From: Chrysomallon squamiferum
Taxonomy: Eukaryota > Animalia > Mollusca
DNA length: 64,000 nt
Direction of reading: 5' to 3'
Assembly (NCBI GenBank): GCA_012295275.1
Contig: CM022667.1
Coordinates: forward strand, 16,120,001 to 16,184,000
Each line of letters begins with the position of its first letter. Within the stretch, counting starts at the first letter, position 1. Positions 1-40,139 of the stretch are shown piece by piece. The notes beneath the pieces were generated by a model, which saw nothing but the letters and a program-made list of their open reading frames with translations, did not search any database and was not told the origin of the DNA. The position numbers and the translations under genes are program-made.

Positions 1-432
1 TATCTATGTAAACTATGTATACACACCATGGTGATCTATGTTAATCTATATTATAGTTATTATTTATTTATTTATATTTACTAACGATTTATATTAACTC
101 GTATATATTATATATATGTATGTGTTTATATATATATATATATTGATATATTTTTTCGCATGACTAAGCCAAATGTCAGTGGAAATTATCTTCATCAATG
201 GTGTAACACTGTATTTCTGTTAAAAAATGTGCACTCGATAAAAACTTTCCTGCGGGCGTTTCGGTTCAGTTAGTTAAAAGAAGTCCAACGATTTTTAGTT
301 CTCAATTGTTTTCGATTTATCTCACGTTTATTTTGTAATGATGTTTATTTATTTTGTAATGATGTAATAATATGATATGGATTTCAGGTACAACGCAATA
401 CAAAAACAAAGAACAAGTTAACTGTAGGAGAG

Positions 433-735
<303 letters not shown>

Positions 736-816
736 CCTTTTAAATTAGACTAACTGACACATTATTAGGCACAGTGATTAATTATTAAATTTCTTTTCTT
801 TCTTCTTAACTTTCAG

Positions 817-25385
<24,569 letters not shown>

Positions 25386-25617
25386 CGTTATTGTGTATAG
25401 ATGATTGGAAAAGATTATTATTATTATTATTATTAATTTTTTTTTTTGTTTTGTACAAAATTAATTTGATTGTTTTTGTTGCTGTTATTGATGTTATGCT
25501 TATACCAAAGTGGAATTGTGCTTTTTTTTTAAACTGACTTGATTCTATCTGTCTTATAGCTACTGTTCTTTCCGTATCACGCTCAGAAACACACCCTTGA
25601 AAATATGTTATTTTAAC

Positions 25618-25735
<118 letters not shown>

Positions 25736-27265
25736 ATGATTTTTTTAAACTTAAAAACAAAGAAACAAAAACAGTACAAAAAGAAAAACAAAATGAACAA
25801 AGCAAAACGTGACCATTGCAAACATGGTTTTCAGTGTCATGATTGATATAAATTATTATGAAATACAGTTTAAAACTATTCAAAACATTAACCTGGAAAC
25901 TGTATAGCGAACCTATGTCTTCTGAGCATTAATACATAAGAGGTGGCATACTCCAGCAGGATAAAATAATATAGTTTCTCAGCCGAACTAACTGAAGGTT
26001 ACAGTTAGAACCAAACAGTTTTCACTAGATTGGTGATTTATCTACATGGACATTCTTAAAGAGTAAAGGGTCCTTGCACAGCTGAAGAGTGCACAAGCTG
26101 AAAAATGTCGGAAAAAGAACCTAAAAGGACTCTTAAAAGGGCCGTGACAAAAAGAATTAAAAAAAAAAAAATGGCTGACTGAGATGTACATTCTCAGGCT
26201 TGCCATTATAATTTCATGTTTATCTTTAAATAAATAAAAAAATATAATCAAATTATTTTTAAATGTTGCTAGTATGACCACAAGAACATTTTAATGTAAC
26301 AAAAATGTTCTTTGATATTTACTATTTATAAATAAAAGTTAATTTTTTCACGATAAAATTAGTTTTGTTTTTATTTACAGTTTATTTTAGACGTTAAGCA
26401 AGAGAATTCTTTTCCATTTTTGTCTGAGTTACAAAAACCACAGAGGGTTATCAAAACCAAAATAATGTTTTCCAGCAAACTCAACACGGAATCTTCACAT
26501 ACCTATGTGAGACGTGGCTAGTAAACCAGTAGTTCAGAAAAATGTATTCTGTAACCAGTGGTTTTTCAGGTTAACATTCCACAACTGTTATCACATATAA
26601 CTGAAGGGAAGTGAAGTAATCGTAGAAATTACGAATTTCAAATGGTTTGTTTTATTATAATTATGATGAATCTGATTAGAATTTCGAGAAAGTAAGAAAA
26701 CTACTAACAAACTAGGTTGTATATTTATTATTTTATTTATTTTGTGTTTCTACGTATATTTATTTGTTTGTTTATTCGTTAATTAATTAATATAGTTATT
26801 CCTTCCTCCCCATCTCTCTAAATATCGTAACCGACATAATGTTCAAAATCATTTGCTAATTCTTGTAAAAAATAATGTCTTACCGTAATTACGGAAAGAT
26901 TTGTATATTGTATTAAATAAATCGGTATTAACTCTGAACATACCTTTGAAAGACTGAGGCGACGGGGCGGAGAGGGTATGTCTAAACAGAGTTATTTCCC
27001 TGAACCCAAACAGTTAACAAACTCTTGTATTTTTTAATCTTTTTACCTTATCCTCTGAGCAGTATTTATTCTTGTTATCGAACCATCAGTTGTTTTACTC
27101 ATTGAATGTAATTGCTAACAGCTAATTAGAAAATCGATAGAAAAGAAAGATCACTGCAAGACAGCTCAGGAATTCGTGCTTTTTGTTTCGCTACACGTAA
27201 ATTTTGAATGCAGCTACTAGTTTCTTGACGAACGAAAATGACTGTAATCTGGAAAACATCATTAG

Positions 27266-27333
27266 TATATAAGAGCTACAGACCACACAAAGATGGCTAG
27301 TTTGCATGATTCTCGTGATTATCGGATGACTGG
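27266..27333 (+). promoter_or_regulatory. Candidate TATA box and first exon of gene 2
   Basis: TATATAAG at 27266 and donor GG|gtaact at 27333; splicing to the acceptor before 28331 is in frame with ATG 28341. Confidence 0.3.
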
Positions 27334-28340
27334 GTAACTGTACGTCTATTAGTAATAATAACATTTATTAATACACTGGTTTTAAAAGTAATATTAGTCT
27401 CTCATAAGCCATACTATTTACCTGATAGCTCTTCTTCATAAATGTTAGGTACAGGAGTGACTTGGTTGGCTTTTAAACTGTACATGACTATCTGTTCACT
27501 CAATGCCATCTAGTTATTTTGAGGCATTCTGTTCACTCATATGTACACACTCATCAACATCAGTACCAGAGGACTGCTATCTGCTGAGCTACATTCACTT
27601 AATATAACAAACGGACCATTGCTCTTAATACCAATTTACTATCAAAACATTTGGCCCAGGTATCCCAACATCATTTTGGCTATGTGGGATAGATTTTTCA
27701 CGTTTTAGACTAGGTGGGAGTGAACTCCAAATACTGATCTAAATTACTTTACTTTTAAAAATGCCGTAAACAAATTAATGTTGGCTTTACGATTAATGAA
27801 ATGAAACAGCCAGTTTTAATCGACCTCACACCAGTCTGAGAGCTAAACCCAAAATACAGATACAATTTTCTATGAGTGGCCAACTTACTATCAGTTATAC
27901 ACGTTACAGATCAGAAACAAATACCATACAGATACAGAAACATACCCTCGCACACTGTAATATATGTTAAAAAGATTATAATTAGCTATATTTTTCTTTA
28001 CTTCCTCTGTCATGAAAATGGTTAATATACATATATATATATGTGTGTGTGTGTGTGTGACTGTGCGTGCGTGTGGGTATATAGTACATTAAATCCATTA
28101 TAAAAAATACCTTATCCATTTAAATGCATCAATAATCTATTTGAACAACTCTTTAGGTCAGTAACAGTAGATTTACTTTGTTGTTAATTCAAAGAAGTAC
28201 GCAAACCTACCAAGCGAAGGAAGTGTCTCTAAAAACAAATAATTACTGAAAATAGCAAAGAACTCTTTTCACAGAAACATCGCCTCTTGTGACGTCAGGG
28301 CAGATTTTTTCTTCTTCTTTTATTATCCAGAAATATCAAG

Positions 28341-28398
28341 ATGTTTACACCAGAAGCGCAGTTTGCTTTCCATTTCCTTATTGTATTCCTCACTCTCA
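28341..28398 (+). CDS. Gene 2 putative signal-peptide exon
   Basis: Pyrimidine tract and ccag at 28330, then MFTPEAQFAFHFLIVFLTL with phase-1 donor A|gtattt (weak); joins 32793 in frame. Confidence 0.5.
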
Positions 28399-28484
28399 GT
28401 ATTTCGCGCAGCTCAGCGATTATAAAATAAATATAGTCTAGTGTGAGCTAATTACAGCACGAAGAGAATAAACTGTTAATGGTG

Positions 28485-28568
<84 letters not shown>

Positions 28569-29306
28569 CTGTGTGTGTGTGTGTGATAGTTTAATGATAC
28601 GAAAAAATAATCTAAATACAGACTGTTTACTTCCACGTTTATATATTTTATTCCTTTATTCCCCAACCTTAAATATTTCAAATATTTTCAGCATACAGTA
28701 TAGTATTACTTCTGTAATGATTTGCCTAAGCGATGAAAGGCGGCCCAAAACAAGAAAATATTAATACAGAAGTATAAAGAATTTTATTAGACCATTTATT
28801 AGTAAAATAATATTATATAATTAAGTAAACTGTTTGTAACAATCAAAGTCGTCTACAATCTGCTACGAGAAATTAATTAGAAAATATTTTCTGTATAGTA
28901 TCTTTACTATTTTATATATTATTTGGATATTTATATAGCCGTCGTGTCTTGTAAGTGTATGTCTTTGTGTTTGTCTAACGATGCAATGTGTATTTGACAC
29001 TAAACAATCGATAATGAAACAAATGTTGGGTTTTTTTTTCCAGTCACTAAGCTGAATTATTATTATTATCAAAACGGATATTAAATAGTTGTTTGAGTTT
29101 TTGTCTTGGCTTTCTCGCACAGTTTATTTCACAGCGAGTGGAGCGAAAGTTTATTTAATGTAGGATGTTCGTTAGATAGTTCAGTTAAAAGAAATTAGAA
29201 AATCGCAACTTCGTACACGCAATGACGTCAGCTCTGTCAAATATTCGGAACCACCAAACTTTTTTTTGCTTATATTATTATTATTATTATTATTAAAGGT
29301 AATGTA

Positions 29307-29367
<61 letters not shown>

Positions 29368-30299
29368 GTCTGTCTATCTATCTATCTATATATATATACA
29401 CACACACACATTGGCATCTTTATCACAACCACAGCGACACTCTAAGAAGAAAATCAGTGTGCTTTTACTGATATCGACCTTGCAAGTTATTCTTTTCTTT
29501 AGGCGAATGAATCAGCAGAATTCGTAAAACATCGACATAATAAAATATTGAACTTCTAGCATGCTGATGTTTTTAAGTTTAAAGAATGATGAAATAAATG
29601 AATATATTGATTTTTGTTTGACTTAAATCACTCGACTCTTATTTTCTGTCATTATTAACTAAGACAAGATCTCAGGGATCAAAAAAAAAAAAAAAAAAAA
29701 AAATCAAAAAAGAAAAAGAAAAAGAAAGAAGCATGACTTGAAAGTAGGCACAATACATTTTCGGCTAATTTTAGTTGCCAGAACATGTTATTTGAATCGG
29801 CACTCAAATTGAGGCCAATGCGAAATGTCTGACAAGCGTTTATCAGTTGTATCTTCACAAATCACTTCATTTGCATGCTTTGCACATGCATTTCTTGTTC
29901 ACCACGAATAATTTCTCTATAAATGGAGCTTGCGTGACTATGCGGTTTACGTTCCAAATTTGGAGATCAAAGAAAGACGCTTGCATGGCTTCAGGATCGC
30001 AACACAAAGAGATATTGTCTAAGATTTGGCGTCAAGTTTAAATGTCGTTGGTATCATTTTAGCAATGGAGTCAACAAACTCAGGAAGTCCCCGTTCTTGT
30101 GGCAATGATAGAAGACTAGTTCAGAGATGACATAAAGATGTATCAAATGTCTTCGTTTCATGAAAATATACACGCTATTAATTGAATGTTCTGATGTGTA
30201 AACTCCATATTTGACCCTCCAACACTGGAAGCAAGTCGAGTGACTTTAATGGTTTTCTCGAAATACAATTTTGGATGTGTTTGCTTTCTTTCTTTCTTT

Positions 30300-30374
<75 letters not shown>

Positions 30375-33300
30375 TTTTTTGTTGTATATTAATAGATATG
30401 AACGAACAGACTTTCAGTTGTCATTTTGCTGTTTCATTCATTATTTAACCAGTACAGCATAAACGACTCTAGATACCTTTCCGTCATGACAAAGATGACA
30501 AAGGGACAAAGAGGGAGAGTTTAATATTGCCCCAAGGACCTGCGCTAACGATTTACTTTTTCTTTATTTCTGATATATATTTTTTACTAGACACTTCGGT
30601 TACCCATATCGCAGAGCAAATTTGTAGAAAAGCAAACATATTTCATTATTACACATGTTTTTCGAGCAAACAAAATTAACCTTCAATCCCGAAGGTAAAT
30701 CATTGTTAAAAATGTTTCTTTCATGTTGATTGATTAATCCGCCTGTATCGAAAATTCCCGTCAGTATTATTCATTATTTAAGCTATGTATTAAAGCGGTT
30801 TGTTTATTTTAATTGATTTCTCTATTTTCTTAATATAATTTATTCATTGGTTTTGCAGATACAAAACTGATTCTGTACATACACATAAACACACAAATCT
30901 GTGTAGGGAATTATTTCTGTATCTTTAGAGCAAATAAATTAAATACAATATTAAAAGAGAAAAAAATAATTAGACATTACATATGTTATGTATGTAGGAG
31001 TGAATATGATTATGTTCTAAAGCAAAATATGATCACGTCCAAATTGTTTACATTTATTTTCATGGTTGTTATGGTGTTATCTAGCTATATAAAACAAATT
31101 ATTTTCATGTCTCTTCTGATGTTTTCCATAGAAAATTATACGCATGAGCCCCCCTATTTGTAATTTATACTAAATTTTGATAAAAAAAAGTCATAATAAA
31201 TAAATAAATAATATTAAAAAGAATAATAACAAAAAATAAATAAACAATAAATAAAAAATAAACAGCATTACAAATTTCTCATTGAAGATGTTAGTTTATG
31301 CGTTGTGTCATTACAAAACAACAGCAACAACAAACATAACGAAACATAAAAAAACAAAAGATTCCCCCAAAAAATCCTAACAACAACAACCACTAAAAAC
31401 AAACAAACAAAAAGACCGAAAAAAACATTAATAAAATAAACGACCATTGCACATACACGTACAATCACACTCTAGTTTATAAAATAGCTTTTCATTTTTG
31501 ATAACGTCTTCAACCTACATAAAAAAAGAGCCAAATAGACCTTAATTAATTTATTTATTTAAATTATAAGTAAAAGGTTCTATGTATAAGCTTATTCTAT
31601 TCTTCAAAGAAATATTACATCCCAGCTTACTTAAAACCCCATAATTCAATATATAATTTAAAACGACTTATAACTGCCATAACTTCTTAATAAATGCTTC
31701 ACTTCGCATCAGCACTATCTAAAGATATTGTTATATTTTTACGTCACTAAAATAAAATTCATTACACATTGTACTTTTTAGTCCGGTCATTGTTCTTACC
31801 GGCTGTGTTTTGAAAAGTCTCAGTTAACAGTCTATACTTCAAATATTTAAACTTTTGCAGACTGTCTAAACAACATGAATGGCTTGAGTAGAGTTTAAAC
31901 AAATCTGAGTTTCATTTTTATCGATATGTCTGGATTTCTTTGTTCAGATTCATTGTTTTTTATCTTCGATTTTGTTTTCTTTATAATACATTTTTTCTTT
32001 CTTTTTATTCTTTGTGATAATGCATATCATAATTGCTGTATTGTTGTAATACTGGAAACAAAAAAGAACGATTGATCATATAGACTTTGTCGACCATTTT
32101 CTTTTCCTGTTATTTTTCCTGACTGTTTTATGTAGAACGTTGTCGTCATGTCGACCTAAATAAAAGTAACACGATGGTATAAATATTTCGCATGAAAATG
32201 CATGTCCTGTTCACACTGGTTCACTTAGAGTAGGTTGCAATACGAATGAATTTCTAGAGAATTGTACGTCATCAGAAATAATTCATTATCATTAGATTAT
32301 CATCAGATATTCTCAGTTATGTAAACGTTTGGAAAATACAAAATTACTTCGTTGTTTTGAAATATTCGTTACTTTGGAAATTCATTATTATCGTATATTC
32401 GTAATATATCGTCTGAAATTAGTAATTGCTAGAAAGACAGTAACTGGTTTGCATTTCATACTAAATGTTTCCAGCAGATATGAACTATATTTTCTTTGTG
32501 ATATTCCGTAAGTATTAAATAAAAAACACTTTGACTTCGTAATTATATATATTTCCTTCGTGTGGATGAATGAATATCAGATATGCGTCTTATTTATTTA
32601 TTTATTTGAATGCTTGACTGTTTGATTGTTCCCTTATATATTTTTTGTTTTAGATAAAAACTAAATTATACACCTTAACACACACATGTGTACATACACA
32701 CACACAAATACAGATACACATGCACATATTCATACACCATAAAATATATATATTGGTGAAACACTTATAATTTCACAATTTCAAAATTTCAGTTGCTGAG
32801 TTCAGCGTCTTTCAGCTGAAGACAGTCCACTCTACACTGATTATCGACAGCACAGACCCTGTTCCTGTCTCGTTTTGGCCGGTGTCGAGTTCGACTCACG
32901 GGGAAACAAAGGACACGTCAGTCCTGTACGCCACGCTGCACGACGCCAGCTTGGAAACCGAAACCGAGAAGACCGGCAAAACAACAGAAACCACAGAATA
33001 CGTGAAGCTTTCAGGACAGTCTAGTTCGTACATTGACATCACCAACGACGGCAGACTTAACGGGACGACGTCGTTCACATGGCTGTTCAGCGTGTTTACC
33101 AACGTTTCGCAAAAAGCGGTCCTTCTGGAATATAGCGGAAACGGAAACGGGCCCGGAATACGTGTTGAATTAAGTGGCGTCGATTTCGTGGCTCAAATTT
33201 ACGACGAGTCGGGAATGTTCGTAACCTCAGTTACAATTCCCGACTTTTTGGACCTGGCGGAATGGAATTTCGTTGGTTTCAGTTACGTTTCCGATTGGAA

Positions 33301-35282
33301 AACGGTTTATTTAATTAAAGAAAGTAAAGCGGAGGGTTTTCAAATCTCGAAAGATATTTTTAAAGTAAATGCTCTCGGCAATGTTCGTATCGGATCGTCT
33401 GTGTCCGGAACGTCTAGCTTCAGTGGATATATTGACTGTGTTCAGTTCTACGACAAAGCTCTTCTTGAAACGGCTCTGAAATCGGCGCCTGGCTACTGTG
33501 ACTCTGACCGCAGCATTAAAAATCCAGGTCATAAACATATTAGTTACTAGTACTTTATTAGCGTCTTTGATTTTTTTTGTAAATTTGTCTCAATTAAAAC
33601 AGGAGTATGAGAAAAGAAAAGGAATAATAATGACTGGATGCGTAACTATTAATTTTAGTAAGCGAACTATCTTATAAACCACTATAAACAAACAAACAAA
33701 CAAACAAATAAATTGATAAATATGATATTAATGAAATAAAGGAAAATAGAAAAAGACATAGAAAGAACAAACACAGAGACAGACAGACAGAGAGAGAGAG
33801 AGAGAGAGAGAGAAATGTTTATGTTATCACAGTATACAGATATTTGATTTATTAATGTTTATTTCTTTTCAGACTGGACTCGAACTTATACACCTCCATC
33901 AACGAATACATCAGTTGAAGAAACGACTACGACTGGTTCTGTCAATGATACAACGACCGTAGCAACAAACATAACAACAACAACGACAAACCTGACCATA
34001 GTAATTAATGAAACAACCACTGACGAATCGGAAACTGAGAAACTGACAACAACCACAATAAGCACAACGGCAGAACAAACGACGACATTAGCAACAACAA
34101 CTACAAACCTGATCATAGCAAATAATGAAACAACCACAGACGAATCGGAAATTAAGAAAGTGACAACAACAACCACAATAAGCACAACGGCAGAACAATC
34201 GACGACATCAGCAACAACAACTACAAACCTGACCATAGCAAATAATAAAACAACTACAGATGAATCGGAAACCACAACGACGCTAACAACAACTGATACG
34301 AAAAAGCCAAGTATAGATCTAACAGTAAAACCATTTAAAACCGCTGCGACAACAACAACTACAGTGAAACCATGGAGCACAACTACGACACAAATCAACA
34401 CAACAACGGCTTGGAGAACTGCTTCGAAAGTAATCGACACTAATTTAACTACTACGTTAACTCAAACAACCGCGATATACTCAGCAAATGGGACTATGGA
34501 GATAACAAATTCTACAACGATAGCCGCAAAGACAACAACGACTTCAAAATCCGATCCTGAGGAAAGTAAGAATTTACTTTAGAATCTCTATTTCTTCTTG
34601 TTCTACTTCTTTTTCTTCTTGTTCTTGTTCTTGTTCTCCTCATGATCAACATGACAATCACCAACATGATCATCATTATCTTAAGTAAGAATTAATTTTG
34701 ATCTAACATGATTCGTAGATGTGAGAAAGAAAAAAAAATTAGAGAAAGTCGCGAAATTTTGGTAATTTATTTATTTATTTACTAAATTCCTACTGAAACA
34801 ACAACTATATCTTTATATATATATATATTCGAGTAAAGGATTTATCAACATTTATTTTAGGACCAACATTCACCACGACTACGGCAACGTCTTTCTATAA
34901 TTACACATCATCAATTTTCTCACCTACTGGAGCAGTCACAGTTTTGACGAACGCCGAGGACTGTCACATCTCATCCACCACACATCTGACCAATCAGAGT
35001 GGAGTTATTTGCATATGTCATCGTATCCGAGCAACCAGTGATGTTTATGGTGTCAGATTACTTGCGGAGAATTCCTCGAAAGAGCTGGTCCTGGACAGAA
35101 AGAACTTGACAAAGTATAAACGTTTGTTCTACAGCGTTCCCGATTACAGACCATCGTCAGTGGGTCTAGGGACATCGTCTGTAATACTTTTGATTGTGCT
35201 TGTTGCTTTCGTAACTAGCACTGATGTCATTCAAACACTAAGGTGGATGTTTGTGAAACTGCGTAAATTATGTGAATTGTGA
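28341..35282 (+). CDS. Gene 2: type I membrane protein, signal peptide - LamG/ConA-like domain - Thr-rich mucin - CxC - TM
   Basis: Exons 28341-28398 (putative), 32793-33527, 33873-34565, 34861-35282; phase-1 junctions join in frame; C-terminus homologous to gene 1. Confidence 0.8.
28487..29005 (+). mobile_element. Non-autonomous interspersed repeat, copy A, with (CT)n end
   Basis: Near-identical reverse complement of 43408-43866. Confidence 0.75.
32793..33527 (+). CDS. Gene 2 exon: laminin G-like / concanavalin A-like lectin-glucanase fold domain
   Basis: LSGQSSSYIDI...SFTWLFSV...LLEY...EWNFVGFSY...VRIGS...FSGYIDCVQFYDKAL, typical LamG_3/pentraxin-like motifs. Confidence 0.85.
33873..34565 (+). 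CDS. Gene 2 exon: Thr-rich mucin stalk with about three ~39-40 aa repeats
   Basis: ttttcag|...A|gtaag; TTTTNLTI.NN.TTTDESE unit recurs at ~33980, ~34095 and ~34215. Confidence 0.85.
34861..35282 (+). CDS. Gene 2 terminal exon: CxC module, TM helix, short tail
   Basis: ...ICICHR...LVLDRKNLTKYKRLFYSVPDYRPSSVGLGTSSVILLIVLVAFVTSTD...LCEL-TGA. Confidence 0.88.
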
Positions 35283-35420
35283 CCGTTTGTGACTATTTCT
35301 AATAGTTAATTTTTATTCGCTTTGAGTTTTATAAAATTTTATCGTATATCAGAAGATTAAACAAAAAAAAAATGTTGATAAAATAGAGACAATTCATTGT
35401 AAATTATTTATTCATTTGAA

Positions 35421-35544
<124 letters not shown>

Positions 35545-36196
35545 CTCTGCTTCTTCTTTAAGCAACTGTTTATCGCGAGTGCTTACTGGGTTTTTTCCAC
35601 CCAGGCCCGATTTTGTATATCAAAAATTTATTAGTATAAACAATTAACTATTTTCTTTCATTGTAAATAATACAAAGAATTTATCCCAGTATTATTTCTT
35701 CTGCCATTTTAAACTTTCTCGGTTAGGTCTAGACATCCTTTAGATCAGGTAATTCAAACATGAGGCCCTTTACAAGCAAAATTGCGTACTTTTGTCAACT
35801 ACTTTCTTTTAACTTCCGACTTTCATTAACAGTTGTAAACAGAAAACGTTCTTGTTTTTAAATTTTAAATGTTTTTGCTTTTAAAATGGCAAATGCTCCT
35901 CCTCTTGAAAACTGCAAGTATATGTTGCCGTTTAATGTTTTTTTTTTTTTGTATATTATAGATTAATAGCAGATATAATAAATATAAATTAATTATAATA
36001 TACTTTTTGTTTCTTAGTTCTATTAGCTCGGCTCCAAACATATTCAAATTTTCTTATGCTGACCTTGGTAAGACTTCAGTTTGACACCCCTACTTTAGTT
36101 TTCATTAAAAATGCTACTACTATTACTACTACTACTACTACTGATAATAATAGTAACAACAACAACAAGGACGATAGCTACAACAATAACTGCAAC

Positions 36197-36237
<41 letters not shown>

Positions 36238-36241
36238 CATA

Positions 36242-36985
36242 CAATGGTACCTTGATGGTTTAATTCGTTCCTTGACCGAGCTCGTAACTCACATGCTCGT
36301 ATATCAAATCAATTTTCCCAAGTGAAATTATTTGAAATACCATTAATCCGTTCCAGCACCCCAAAAGCCCCCCCAATTTGTTGTAACGTGTTTTTAAATA
36401 AGAAAAATGAATATAAATGACAAATATTGTATGAAAACAAAATAAAAGAGAATTTAAAAAAATAAATTGGTTTTGTAAAGAATACAGGGTTTCTCCACCT
36501 TTTCATGGACAGAGGTCCGCATCTTAGAAATTATTTTAATGCCTTTGGCTGGACTTATAGCATTTATCAACTCCTTCTGCTTCAGTATCATACATATCGT
36601 AAAAGTACAACGCTCGTACTGCCTAGCCATGTTGATTACATTTACACCTCTCTCATGTTTTTCTATGATTTTATGCTTTAATTCAATGGACATCATCCGC
36701 TTCTTCTACTCAGCTCTGTGCTTTACACTCACTTTCTTAGGATCCATGGAAATTTGCCAAAATACTGCACAAAACGCTAGCACAATACAAAAGAGATGCT
36801 TCCACGGCGAGGTAACCACGTGAATCAAAAGGATGCTAGGCGGATGTTGTGATGTTCGCTGCGCCAACTAGCGGCGGCGTTTCTGTAGCTCGCTCGTAAC
36901 TCGAATTTTGTCACGCAAGTCAAAGCAAAAAATCCACAGGTCGACTGCTAGTAAGTTGGAGCACTTATAACTCGGGATACCACTG
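36242..36985 (-). mobile_element. Internally deleted Tigger/pogo-type DNA transposon
   Basis: Minus strand reads MDPKKVSVKHRAE*KKRMMSIELKHKIIEKHERGV..MARQY..TICMILKQKE (CENP-B-type N-terminal HTH with a premature stop); ends TA-caatggtacc / ggataccactg-TA (imperfect TIRs, TA target duplication). Confidence 0.8.
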
Positions 36986-37580
36986 TAATAACAAAGCTAT
37001 AAAGTATCCTCTAGAATAATAAATGACTGAAAGCCCGTTCAGAACTGTTATACTGGTCAGTTAATTGCTGCTTAACGACTTCTCACTGAAATATTAAAAG
37101 TTGCTTTCGGAAGATGCACTGATGTGCATAATGCTATGTTTTGTGAGTGCAGTTTGTTAAAATGAATAATTAATGAAACAGAAAGAAAATAAAAAACAAA
37201 AATGTACGTAAAAGCTGGTATATGTATGTATGTGTATAAACCGGTTGTAGTAATACACATAACAGTGCTGGTAGTATCTGTAGTAATATTATCCTCATCA
37301 GTGTTGTAAACACATAGAAGAAGAGGGAAACTGAAAGAAATATACAGACAGTATAAATAGTGACACAGGGCGAAAGAAGAAAGAAAGAAATAATACAGAG
37401 AGAAAATAACAAAGAGACAGGAAGAGAGAGAAAGAACAAGAGAGTGTACGAAAAGAGGATTCTTTTATGCATGTTTACAGCTAGACAGACAGACAGACAG
37501 GTAGCAAAGCGAAAGACTGATATATATACATATATATATAGATATAGATAGATAGATGTATGGATAGGTAGATAGATAGG

Positions 37581-37652
<72 letters not shown>

Positions 37653-38579
37653 AAATTAACGGGAGAGAGAAAAGGTATTTTACAGAAAAGTAAATAAATT
37701 AATAGACATTGTGATATCGATTTTTATCGTACTTGTAAGCTGATCAGTCTACAAGATATTTGTACAACAATTAATCTGAACACGACGCCACCCTTCCTGT
37801 TCCGTGAGTCAGAGGACAGCCACTCTAACACACACCAACCTTTAACAGAAAAAAAAACAACTCTGGAATTAAATGTCAGGTATGTTATATTAAACAGTTT
37901 TCTAAACCTGACTCTCTCAATGAAGACATTTTTGTAAGCATTCCATCCCGGTCTCCATAATACCGTCACAGAAAAGGCGTGGTAGGATTAATACTTGAAA
38001 GTAAAAAAAATAATCAGACCAAATAACCTCTCGCTATTCTGAACGCTACAGAATTACTGCCATTCTATTAACAGGACCTCCACTCTACCAAGAGGAATGC
38101 CACTCTATCAAATATTGACACCCGGCTTCGAAGAACAAAGCTTTCATATTCGTATTTTCATCTGTTGAAAGAGCGTTTGTGTCTGTGTTATGTGATGATC
38201 ATGTTACCATGGAATGACGACAATTGAAGTCTAGGATGAAACACATTGTCTGAAATACCGTACTTTTAACTCGTCCACTTGAAACATAATAGCGTTTTTA
38301 GAAAACGTCATAATTTATATGACGTAGTCAAATAAACCAACAAAAGAATGAAGAAAAAAGAGAATAATAAATAAATAAATAAATAAATGAATAAATGAAT
38401 AAATAGATAAATAAGTCGGTAAGTAAGTAAAAATATAAATAAATAAATAAATAAATAAATAAACTGTATCTGTTAATTTGAATTTCTTTCGCACATTGAA
38501 ACTCACTGGGACTCAGTTGTACACTTCCACGAAGTATATATATGCATGTAAGTTTGTTTGTATGTATGTCTGTATGTAT

Positions 38580-38760
38580 ATATGTATGTATGATTGTACG
38601 TATATATGTATATATGCGTGTGTGTGTTTTGTATAATGTGTAGTTGTGTTTCTATATGTGTTATTTATATATGTATGTATGATTGTACGTATATATGTAT
38701 ATATGCGTGTGTGTGTTTTGTATAATGTATATTTGTGTTTCTATATATGTTATTTATATA
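38580..38760. repeat. ~89-bp tandem duplication
   Basis: atgtatgtatgattgtacgtatatatg...gtgtttctatat..gttatttatat occurs twice. Confidence 0.8.
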
Positions 38761-39959
38761 TTATGTATGTATTGTAGGTGTGCGTGCGTGCGTGTCTGTT
38801 TGTGCATGTCTGCGTCTATGTTTATATGAGTGTATGTCTCTCTGTGTGTGTTTGTTATTATAAATCATAATTATTTTTAACTATCTCGAAATTGTTCACG
38901 GTTTCTTTCTCAAGGCAGAACGATTTGATTTTCTGAACTGACATTAAAACAGCAATGATTCGTGTAATCTGCAGTAATGCACAAGTGTATTTACAAATAT
39001 AGCTAATCTGGGCAAGCGTTACTGTGTTCACAATGTGTTATTTGTTTTCAAAAGAAGATTGTTTCCGGGCAAAGAGTTTTCACGATTTTATTGACCGGTA
39101 CAAAGTCGTTCATTCGTAATTTATTTGCACATGTGTTTTCAATCTCTCGCATTGTTAGCAGAGGTAAAAGCTGATAATTATTAACGATGACAGTTATGGT
39201 CTGTTAGATAAAACTTTCAGCTAGTACATTTAACGTGGAGTGCTTCACAATATAAGGCGAGACAAAAAGAAAGTTAAAAAAAAAAAAAATAATAATAAAA
39301 AAATAATGATAATAAAAAAATAATAAAAAAAAAAAAAAAAAAAAAAACAACAACAACATAATAATAATAGAAACAACAACAACAATAATATTATTAATAA
39401 TAATAATAATGCAAGAATAACAATAATAAATAATAAAAAAAGAATCAGATAAATAAATAAATAAATAAATAATTTACAATTACAAAATAGAATAAAATCA
39501 ACAAAGAAATAAAGAAAGAAACAATGAAATGCAGTGTAATGCTACACAATATAATTGAATAAAACATAAATTTAATTTTTATCACAAAATGCATTATCTG
39601 TTTCACAGTTTTTTTTAATGCTATTTTTAATCACCCTTATTACCTATTGCATATATATGCTATACAAACGGAAAGAAAGACATTTCTTCTCTTTCAAATT
39701 AGTGGATTGTATTATATTTTAACAATTTAACATTTCAAGTGTTATTACATATTTATTATCACCGAGTGCTAGAACGAAAAGTGTTTCAAAATACAAATAA
39801 AAATTAAACAGTTTTAATAACCAAACATAGCACAAATTATCAAAAGATGATGATGATGATGATGATGATGCTGATGATGATGACAACAATAACAACAACA
39901 TAATAAAGAACAACATAAGAAGAATACTGATAATCTCAAAACAGTTACCCACCACAAAT

Positions 39960-40036
<77 letters not shown>

Positions 40037-40053
40037 AGATTTATAAAAAAAAT

Positions 40054-40139
<86 letters not shown>

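Noticed and set aside
29740-30250. Higher-complexity intronic stretch (also 25900-26600) as coding sequence or transposase
   Set aside because: The frames I read contain stops and no motif; probably decayed repeats that I cannot classify
33886-34440. 184-aa minus-strand Val-rich ORF
   Set aside because: Antisense of the gene 2 Thr-rich exon
37724-37969. Possible minus-strand exon or ORF between genes 2 and 3
   Set aside because: Splice-like sites are present but there is no recognisable protein motif or partner exon
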